DNA of 64,000 nt from Bacteroidaceae bacterium (GTDB lineage Bacteria; Bacteroidota; Bacteroidia; Bacteroidales; Bacteroidaceae). The notes below the pieces were generated by a model. It made no database searches and was not told where the DNA came from. It saw nothing but the letters and a program-made list of their open reading frames with translations. Position 1 is the first letter of the stretch. Each line of letters begins with the position of its first letter. The stretch lies in contig JAGBFX010000025.1 of assembly GCA_017936265.1 (NCBI GenBank), positions 33,427-97,426 on the forward strand. Direction: 5' to 3'. A program made the translations under genes and the position numbers. Below, piece by piece: positions 52,760-59,318 of the stretch.

Positions 52760-54013
52760 TTATGCTTTTTTCTCCTTGAATACAACTGCGAACAGAAGAG
52801 CAATCACAAGCGCATACCCGGCAAACACATACCATGCTGTCTGCCAACCGGCAAAGTTTGTCTGGTCCGCGGTGAAGTAATTCACGACCTCCTGGGCAGC
52901 AATGACACCGGCCGACGCTCCGAGACCATTGGTCATGAGCATGAAAAGGCCCTGCGCGCTTGAACGCTGTGCCTCGGGAACCTCATTGTCCACGAACAGA
53001 GAACCCGAGATATTGAAGAAGTCAAATGCCACACCATAGACAATCATTGAGAGCACGAAGAAGAGCACTCCCGGCATACCAGGGTCACCGACAGCGAAGA
53101 ATCCGAAGCGGAAGACCCAACCGAGCATAGCGATGAGCATCACCTTCTTTATACCGAATTTCTTGAGGAAGAAAGGAATGAGCAGGATGCAGAGAGTCTC
53201 GGAGAGCTGCGACAACGAGATAAGCATATTGGTATGCTCTACAGCAAACGTCCCTGCATACTCCTCAATGGCACCGAAGCCGTTGATGAAGGTATTGGCA
53301 TATCCGTTGGATACCTGCAATGCCGCACCAAGCAACATCGAGAAGATGAAGAACATCGCCATTCTACGCTGATTGAACAGTTTGAAGGCATCAAGACCGA
53401 GAGCCGAAGCTATCGATTTCTTCTCGCCGCCCTTGTTTACAGGACATGATGGCAGCGACAACGAATAGAGTGCGATGACTGCACCCCATGCAGCCGACGT
53501 GAAGAACTGGTTGAAGTCATTCTGGAAACCTGTGAAGTCAACTATGAGCATCGAGACAATGAATCCGACTGTACCGAACACACGGATAGGCGGAAAGGCC
53601 TTTACGGTGTCAAGTCCCGCCTTGTTCAGCGCCGTATATGACACCGAATTGGAGAGCGCCAGTGTAGGCATATAGAACGCTACGGAAAGGGTATATGTCC
53701 AGAACAGGTCATTGAAAAGCACATCGGCACCCTTTGTCATGCCGATATAGCCTGTTATACCCATAAAGAGTGCAGCCATGGCGTGACAGAAAGCGAGCAC
53801 TCGCTGCGCCGGGACCCAACGGTCGGCAACAATACCCATAAGAGCCGGCATAAAGATAGAGACAATACCCTGAACAGAGTAGAACCAACCGATATTGCTT
53901 CCCATTCCTACACCACCGAGGTAACGTCCCATAGATGTCAGGTATGCGCCCCAAACGGCAAACTGCAAAAAGCTCAGAACTATGAGCCTTGTCTTAACAT
54001 GTGAATTCTGCAT
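52760..54013 (-). CDS. Nucleoside:H+ symporter family MFS permease (NupG-like)
   Basis: 417 aa, 12 TM, with 'RLIVLSFLQFAVWGAYLTSMG'. Confidence 0.8.
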   Translation of the reverse strand: MQNSHVKTRLIVLSFLQFAVWGAYLTSMGRYLGGVGMGSNIGWFYSVQGIVSIFMPALMGIVADRWVPAQRVLAFCHAMAALFMGITGYIGMTKGADVLFNDLFWTYTLSVAFYMPTLALSNSVSYTALNKAGLDTVKAFPPIRVFGTVGFIVSMLIVDFTGFQNDFNQFFTSAAWGAVIALYSLSLPSCPVNKGGEKKSIASALGLDAFKLFNQRRMAMFFIFSMLLGAALQVSNGYANTFINGFGAIEEYAGTFAVEHTNMLISLSQLSETLCILLIPFFLKKFGIKKVMLIAMLGWVFRFGFFAVGDPGMPGVLFFVLSMIVYGVAFDFFNISGSLFVDNEVPEAQRSSAQGLFMLMTNGLGASAGVIAAQEVVNYFTADQTNFAGWQTAWYVFAGYALVIALLFAVVFKEKKA

Positions 54014-54095
54014 AATATTCTTAAATTATTGTTTTTCTTTTTAAAAACCCTGCCACCAAGCATAAACAAAGCAGCGGGAGATTCGGTTCAGCTCT

Positions 54096-54386
54096 CTATC
54101 TGAAAACGATATCAGTTATCACTTGTGCCTTTACATGGTCATTGAGTCGCTTTACCAGTGACTTGCGGTTCATGAGCAACTCCTGACGGAGCACCGATGA
54201 AGTGACCTTCACAAAAAGCACCTGGTTATAAATCTTCAGTTCCTTTGTATATGCCTGCACCGCCTTACCCAGCACCTGCGACCACGCCTGTATCAGCCTA
54301 TACTCATTGAGTGGGGTTTCAATACCCTCCTCGCGGCACGTCATGCGCACGAGCTCTGCAATTGATTTTATCTCGCCACGTTTCAT
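54096..54386 (-). CDS. DUF721 (DciA-like) protein
   Basis: 96 aa, overlapping the recF stop by 4 nt. This is the usual recF-DUF721 pairing. Confidence 0.75.
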   Translation of the reverse strand: MKRGEIKSIAELVRMTCREEGIETPLNEYRLIQAWSQVLGKAVQAYTKELKIYNQVLFVKVTSSVLRQELLMNRKSLVKRLNDHVKAQVITDIVFR

Positions 54387-55495
54387 CTACTCCTCTCCTT
54401 AAGAAGTTCAACTTCACCGCCGGCTACCTCGAAGAGCCTGTAACCGCTCTCGATGCGCTCAAGGATACTGTCAATATGCTCGCGGTTGACATCAGTAATG
54501 AATATCTGGCCGAAGCCCTCGCCACTGACAAGGTTCACAATCTGCTCCACCCTTCGGCTGTCCAGTTTGTCGAATATGTCATCGAGCAACAGTAACGGGG
54601 TCTCCCCACCCTTACGACGGAGAAAATCGAATTGCGCAAGCTTCAGCGACACAAGGAAACTTTTGTTCTGCCCCTGAGAGCCCTCTTTCCTAATGGGGTA
54701 ACCGCCCAACTGCATCACGAGTTCATCGCGATGCACTCCCTTAGAAGTATAGCCCAAAGAGCGGTCATCGGCACGCGATGCAGCCAACAGTTCATCCAGC
54801 GGAGTATCATTAAGATGCGAGCGATAGCGCAGACTTACCTGCTCACTGCCACCGGTAATAGTACCATGGAACTGCGAGAAAATAGGAATCAGTTCCTCGA
54901 CAAAACGCTTGCGCCCCTCATGGATACGCACAGCCTCGACGGTCATCATCTCTTCAATGAGCTGGAACATCTCGGAATCGGGCATATATTCAGCACGCAG
55001 CATCACGTTACGCTGCTGAAGAGCCTTGTTATAGCGGATTAGCGCTGTAAGATACTCCTTGTCATACTGCGAGATAACCACATCCATGAAACGGCGACGC
55101 TCCTCACTGCCACCGGCAATGAGTTCATTGTCGGCCGGCGAGACCATGACAAGCGGGATTGAGCCGATGTGGTCGGAGAGACGTTCATAGGCCTTGCCGT
55201 TGCGTTTGAACGACTTCTTCTCGCCACGTTTAAGTCCACAGGAGACCTCCTCTTCAATGCCGCTGTCACTCACATAACAGCCCTGAAGCATAAAGAAAGG
55301 CTCATCGTGCAGAATATTCGAATTGTCGGCTACTGTCACGGTGCTCTTGCAGAACGAGAGATAGTACACCGCATCGAGCAGATTGGTCTTTCCCATACCA
55401 TTGCTGCCAATGAGACAGTTTATCTTGGGCGAGAGGGCAATGTTTACCTCACGCAGATTCCTGTAATTCAATAGCGATATACTCTTTATTCTCAT
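54383..55495 (-). CDS. recF: DNA replication/repair protein RecF
   Basis: 'LLNYRNL', Walker A GSNGMGKTNLLDA, and 'LLLLDDIFDKLD'. Confidence 0.95.
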   Translation of the reverse strand: MRIKSISLLNYRNLREVNIALSPKINCLIGSNGMGKTNLLDAVYYLSFCKSTVTVADNSNILHDEPFFMLQGCYVSDSGIEEEVSCGLKRGEKKSFKRNGKAYERLSDHIGSIPLVMVSPADNELIAGGSEERRRFMDVVISQYDKEYLTALIRYNKALQQRNVMLRAEYMPDSEMFQLIEEMMTVEAVRIHEGRKRFVEELIPIFSQFHGTITGGSEQVSLRYRSHLNDTPLDELLAASRADDRSLGYTSKGVHRDELVMQLGGYPIRKEGSQGQNKSFLVSLKLAQFDFLRRKGGETPLLLLDDIFDKLDSRRVEQIVNLVSGEGFGQIFITDVNREHIDSILERIESGYRLFEVAGGEVELLKERSR

Positions 55496-55542
55496 GGTTT
55501 TTCAACAATCCCGCTCCACTTCACGCGGTTCAGGTTCTTTGT

Positions 55543-55722
55543 GCAAATATAGCAACAAACGAGCGAAATGCATAAAGTTTACTTTAATGTATTTTACAGC
55601 GAGTGCAGGCTATATTCGCGCTTTACCGCAAATATAGCAACAAACGAGCGAAATACATAAAGTTTACTTTAATGTATCTTACAGCGAGTGCAGGCTATGT
55701 TCGCGGTTTACCGCAAATATAC
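55543..55722 (-). repeat. 85-bp tandem repeat (2 full copies plus a partial third), each ending in a promoter-like TATATTTGC
   Basis: The motif gcaaatata recurs at 55543, 55628 and 55713, an exact 85-nt period. The two full units differ at only a few positions. Confidence 0.9.
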
Positions 55723-55795
55723 CCATAAAATGGAAGATATGTCCACAAAAAGTCAAAAAAATCATCTATAATTTTTCAACACAGAATAATTTGAT

Positions 55796-55803
55796 TATTT
55801 TTG
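55796..55803 (+). promoter_or_regulatory. Candidate -7 box (TATTTTTG) for the TPR gene
   Basis: Matches TAnnTTTG, 73 nt upstream of the ATG at 55876. Confidence 0.35.
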
Positions 55804-55875
55804 CACAATGTTACGGATTGTGCATATTAGGCACATGCCACACAAAATGGAATAAAAAACAAAAAACATAAGACT

Positions 55876-56547
55876 ATGAGCAAAAAAAAGACAGAGACTC
55901 CAATCCTTGCAGATGAGGCACTTGGAAAGTCTGAGGAGTTTGTCCTCAAGCACAAGAACCTGATTACAGGAGTAGTATTTGCGGTAATCATCTTTATCGC
56001 AGCATATTTGGGATATCAGCACTTCATTCAGGAGCCTAAGGAAGCTGAGGCTAACAAGGCACTGGTTGTAGCAATGCAGAACTTCGAGGACGGCAAATAT
56101 GCCGAGTCTCTTGACGGTGACGGTGTCAACATGGGTACAATCGCTGTAAGCGAGGAGTACAGCGGCACAAAGGCAGGCAACCTTGCCAACCTTTACGCAG
56201 GCCTTGCATTGGCAAAGCAGGAGAAGTACGAAGAGGCTATCGAGTACCTCGAGGCATATGACGGCAGCGATGCAATCATTGCTCCCAAGGCAAAGCACAC
56301 TCTTGGCAACTGCTATGCTCATACAGGCGACAGCAAGAAGGCTATCAGCCTTCTCCTTGACGCAGCCGAGGAGGCAAGCAACGAGGCTGTAACTCCATTC
56401 TGCTGGAGAGACGCTGCTGCAATGTACGAGCAGGAGGGCGAGACTGCAAAGGCAGTAGAGCTCTATGAGAGAATCAAGACAGAGTATCCAGCTTGCGTTC
56501 TTGTTGTAACACGCGAGATTGACAGACAGTTGAACTCAGTAAAGTAA
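55876..56547 (+). CDS. Membrane-anchored tetratricopeptide-repeat protein (YfgM-like)
   Basis: 223 aa with a single TM helix (ITGVVFAVIIFIAAYLGY) followed by TPR-like helices. Confidence 0.7.
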   Translation: MSKKKTETPILADEALGKSEEFVLKHKNLITGVVFAVIIFIAAYLGYQHFIQEPKEAEANKALVVAMQNFEDGKYAESLDGDGVNMGTIAVSEEYSGTKAGNLANLYAGLALAKQEKYEEAIEYLEAYDGSDAIIAPKAKHTLGNCYAHTGDSKKAISLLLDAAEEASNEAVTPFCWRDAAAMYEQEGETAKAVELYERIKTEYPACVLVVTREIDRQLNSVK

Positions 56548-56569
56548 CCAAGCAAAGAACTTGAAAGAT

Positions 56570-56602
56570 AAGGCTGTCCATGCAAATGAGGCAGCCTTTT
56601 TT
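56570..56602 (+). terminator. Terminator-like hairpin plus T-run between the TPR gene and ribH
   Basis: Stem aaggctg / cagcctt, followed by tttttt. It ends 20 nt before the ribH ATG. Confidence 0.5.
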
Positions 56603-56622
56603 AATACAAAGATATTGACAAT

Positions 56623-57117
56623 ATGGCAACAGAACTTAAGAACCTTTCATCATATGACCCCAGCAAGGTCGCGAGCGGCAAGGGGCGCAGGGTGGGCATC
56701 GTATATGCCGAGTGGAACGATGAGATTACATACGCACTGCGCGACGGAGCAGTCAAGACACTTGTTGAGAACGGCGTTGCAGAGAGCGACATAACACTCG
56801 CAAGCGTTCCCGGCAGTTTCGAGCTTATTTTTGGAGCATCACAGATGGTCAAGAGCGGCAATTACGACGCTGTCATAGCCATAGGATGCGTCATCAGAGG
56901 TGACACCCCGCATTTCGACTACATATGCGAAGGCGTGACAGCAGGGCTCTCAAGACTCAACGTCGAGTATGACACACCTGTGATATTCGGCCTAATCACA
57001 ACCAACAACCTGCTCCAGGCACAGGAGCGTAGCGGTGGCCGTCTGGGCAACAAAGGCGATGAATGCGCCATCACTGCTTTGCAGATGATGGCGCTTAGAC
57101 AACACTTTCAGCAATAG
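56623..57117 (+). CDS. ribH: 6,7-dimethyl-8-ribityllumazine synthase
   Basis: 164 aa with 'VGIVYAEWNDEIT', 'VPGSFELI' and 'IAIGCVIRGDTPHFDYIC'. Confidence 0.96.
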   Translation: MATELKNLSSYDPSKVASGKGRRVGIVYAEWNDEITYALRDGAVKTLVENGVAESDITLASVPGSFELIFGASQMVKSGNYDAVIAIGCVIRGDTPHFDYICEGVTAGLSRLNVEYDTPVIFGLITTNNLLQAQERSGGRLGNKGDECAITALQMMALRQHFQQ

Positions 57118-57472
57118 GTCACGCGTAGCACCGCGCCAGTGGTGCAGCGCGGGTTGCGGAAAGAAAGTGTTGTCAATGCGCAGTAACTGCGCTACAGATG
57201 ATAGCGCAGTTCAAGCATAGATAATGCGAGCAGCGATTGGTCGCACGAAGCGTGGCAAGGTCACGCCGTGCGGGTCGCTAAAAGCGAGCATTATCAATGT
57301 GCAAAAAACAGATGATAGCGCAGTTCAAGCATAGATAATGCGAGCAGCGATCGGTCGCACGAAGCGTGGCAAGGTCACGCCGTGCGGGTCGCTAAAAGCG
57401 AGCATTGTCAATGTGCAAAAAACAGATGATGGCGCAGTTCAAGCATAGATAATGCGAGCAGCGATTGGTCGT
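57081..57472 (+). repeat. 113/114-bp tandem repeat (3 full copies plus a partial fourth) beginning inside the ribH 3' end
   Basis: acagatgat recurs at 57194, 57308 and 57422, a 114-nt period. The ribH terminal gcagatgatggcgc at 57081 is the diverged first copy. Copies B and C differ at 2 positions. Confidence 0.9.
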
Positions 57473-57503
57473 AGCCCGTATTATATAGACTTTGCCATCG
57501 GCC

Positions 57504-57538
57504 CAGTTTTCCGTTTCACATTCCCGTTTTCAGTTTTC
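57504..57538 (+). repeat. 7-nt-phased heptad array abutting a start codon
   Basis: cagtttt ccgtttc acattcc cgttttc agttttc, followed directly by the ATG at 57539. Confidence 0.75.
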
Positions 57539-57850
57539 ATGAACCGCACACAGCCAAAATTCATCCTTACCAAAGACGGCACATTGCGTCTGGGAATGGT
57601 AAAGAGACACCTTGAGCTGCTCAAGGCCAATGAGTCATGCATTGGCGGTGGATACTATGAATTTGATGCCTTGTCGCACAGGCTACTACTCAGCGGCGCT
57701 TCAAGCGAGTATGGAGAACCCTCTTGGGACAAGGTCGACTGTATAAAAGTATCGGCATATTACCAGGGAATGGAGATAATATACACCCCTTGGGATAATT
57801 GGAAGGAAGAATTCCCCGTCAGCGAAAGGTTAGAAGTCATATACATGTAA
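57539..57850 (+). CDS. Hypothetical 103-aa protein
   Basis: ATG at 57539 (MNRTQPKFILTKDG...). The track start at 57452 lies in the tandem repeat. No family recognised. Confidence 0.5.
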   Translation: MNRTQPKFILTKDGTLRLGMVKRHLELLKANESCIGGGYYEFDALSHRLLLSGASSEYGEPSWDKVDCIKVSAYYQGMEIIYTPWDNWKEEFPVSERLEVIYM

Positions 57851-57901
57851 GAAGTCATTATACCCTGCAGTTTCCAGACAGGTACACTCCCGTATACAAA
57901 T

Positions 57902-57933
57902 ACTAAGGGCTACCCGATCGGGTAGCCCTTAGT
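57902..57933. terminator. Bidirectional terminator hairpin between convergent genes
   Basis: Perfect 14-bp palindromic stem actaagggctaccc / gggtagcccttagt with loop gatc. Confidence 0.7.
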
Positions 57934-57974
57934 GGTTAGTTAGTTATAATGTTACCAATGAATGGTCGCTGAAA

Positions 57975-58517
57975 TTACTTGAAGTAGCGGTTGAACAGAC
58001 CCTCGAAACCCTTACCGTGGCGAGCCTCATCCTTAGCCATCTCATGAACAGTGTCGTGGATAGCATCGAGGTTCAACTCTTTCGCACGCTTAGCGATACG
58101 ATACTTGTCTGAATTAGCCTCAGCCTCAGCATTCATTCTCTTCTCGAGGTTAGTCTTTGTATCCCAAACACAGTCACCAAGAAGCTCTGCGAACTTTGCA
58201 GCATGCTCAGCCTCCTCCCATGCATAACGCTTGAAAGCCTCAGCAATCTCGGGATAACCCTCGCGGTCGGCCTGACGGCTCATCGCAAGATACATACCCA
58301 CCTCGGTGCACTCGCCGATAAAGTGGTTGTTGAGGTCCTTAATCATCTCCTCATCGCAACCCTTGGCAACACCAATCACATGCTCCTGAACAAACTGGAT
58401 GGGACCCTCCTGCAACTCATTGAACTTCTCGGCAGGAACCTTACACATGGGACAACGCTCTGGGGCTGAGTCACCTTCATGTATATAACCACAAACTGAA
58501 CAAATGAACTTTTTCAT
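57975..58517 (-). CDS. rbr: Reverse rubrerythrin (N-terminal rubredoxin-like domain plus ferritin-like di-iron domain)
   Basis: '[29 protein letters not shown]' at the N-terminus, then the di-iron helices (ExxH: '[10 protein letters not shown]', 'AKDEARHGK'). Confidence 0.9.
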   Translation of the reverse strand: MKKFICSVCGYIHEGDSAPERCPMCKVPAEKFNELQEGPIQFVQEHVIGVAKGCDEEMIKDLNNHFIGECTEVGMYLAMSRQADREGYPEIAEAFKRYAWEEAEHAAKFAELLGDCVWDTKTNLEKRMNAEAEANSDKYRIAKRAKELNLDAIHDTVHEMAKDEARHGKGFEGLFNRYFK

Positions 58518-58561
58518 AATCTTAAATTTTTAAGCCGTTAATATTATTTTGTATTATCTGT

Positions 58562-58981
58562 TTACTTTTTAATGCAATCCGGGCAGAGACCTTTAAGGTA
58601 AAGCTGCGCATCGGTAATCTCATAGCCATCGCCACCCTCGACAAGAGAAATGAAATCCTCTTTCATCTTCAGGTCAACAATCTTACCACAGTTATTGCAG
58701 CGGAAATGTGCGTGACAGCTACGGTTACCGTCAAAGCAGCGGAACGTGTCATCAATGGTAAGCATTGAAATCAGCCCGGCGTCGACAAAAAGCTTGAGTG
58801 TATTGTACACTGTCGTAAGCGACAGAGAACCGAGTTCATCACGAAGCGCCTCATACACGACCTCAGCAGTCGGATGTTGACAGCTTTGGCGCACATATTC
58901 AAATATTGCCAGACGCTGCACTGAAGGGCGTATACCCGCATCTATAAGTTCCTGTTTGAGCTCTGCTCTTGATACCTTCAT
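58562..58981 (-). CDS. Fur family transcriptional regulator (PerR-like by context)
   Basis: 'PSVQRLAIFEYV', 'HPTAEVVYEAL' and the CxxC pairs CNNCGKI and CPDC. I prefer the ATG at 58981 because the predicted -7 box at 59019-59026 places the TSS downstream of the track start at 59017. Confidence 0.85.
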   Translation of the reverse strand: MKVSRAELKQELIDAGIRPSVQRLAIFEYVRQSCQHPTAEVVYEALRDELGSLSLTTVYNTLKLFVDAGLISMLTIDDTFRCFDGNRSCHAHFRCNNCGKIVDLKMKEDFISLVEGGDGYEITDAQLYLKGLCPDCIKK

Positions 58982-59015
58982 ATTAGTGTCTGTTTTATAT
59001 TTCATTTTTGAAATC

Positions 59016-59049
59016 ATTGCAAATATACAAACAGTTTATATTTCGTGCA
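59016..59049 (-). promoter_or_regulatory. Candidate promoter/operator of the Fur-like gene
   Basis: TATATTTG (-7 box, minus strand) at 59019-59026 sits inside the imperfect inverted repeat ttgcaaatata-N9-tatatttcgtgcaa. Confidence 0.35.
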
Positions 59050-59230
59050 AATTTTTTAATACTTTTTTTGAAAAAAATTACTACCGCATAATATTGGCAG
59101 AATGGCGGTTTGAGGATGCTTGCATTTTTCGCTGCAAAAGAGTACCTTTGCGACCCAAGGTCGCAGAAAAGGGAATTTGGAGTTTGCTGTTTAAGATGGA
59201 ATGGTCTATGGGAAAGTTTCCGGCAGGCAA

Positions 59231-59280
59231 CTTTAAACATTAAACTTTAAACATTAAACACTAAACATTAAACATTAAAC
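59231..59280 (+). repeat. 7-nt tandem repeat (CWYTAAA) x7 upstream of the ABC-F gene
   Basis: ctttaaa cattaaa ctttaaa cattaaa cactaaa cattaaa cattaaa c. Confidence 0.9.
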
Positions 59281-59318
59281 CACCACCCCATTTACACATT
59301 ATATAAATAATTAGAATT

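Noticed and set aside
55500-55875. Possible oriC next to recF, given repeats, an AT-rich stretch and a DnaA-box-like TGTCCACA
   Set aside because: I found only one imperfect DnaA-box-like 9-mer (7/9 to TTATCCACA). There is no cluster of boxes and no dnaA or dnaN nearby. The repeats are better explained as duplicated promoter-like units.
56548-56622. FMN riboswitch upstream of ribH. I also considered a THF riboswitch upstream of folD (47116-47217) and a SAM riboswitch upstream of metA (63334-63386)
   Set aside because: The intergenic spaces of 75, 102 and 53 nt are too short for these aptamers, and I could not find their conserved cores.
57081-57472. Possible CRISPR array, given regularly spaced repeats
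   Set aside because: The whole 114-nt unit is repeated nearly identically. There are no short conserved repeats alternating with unique spacers, and no cas genes are present in the window.
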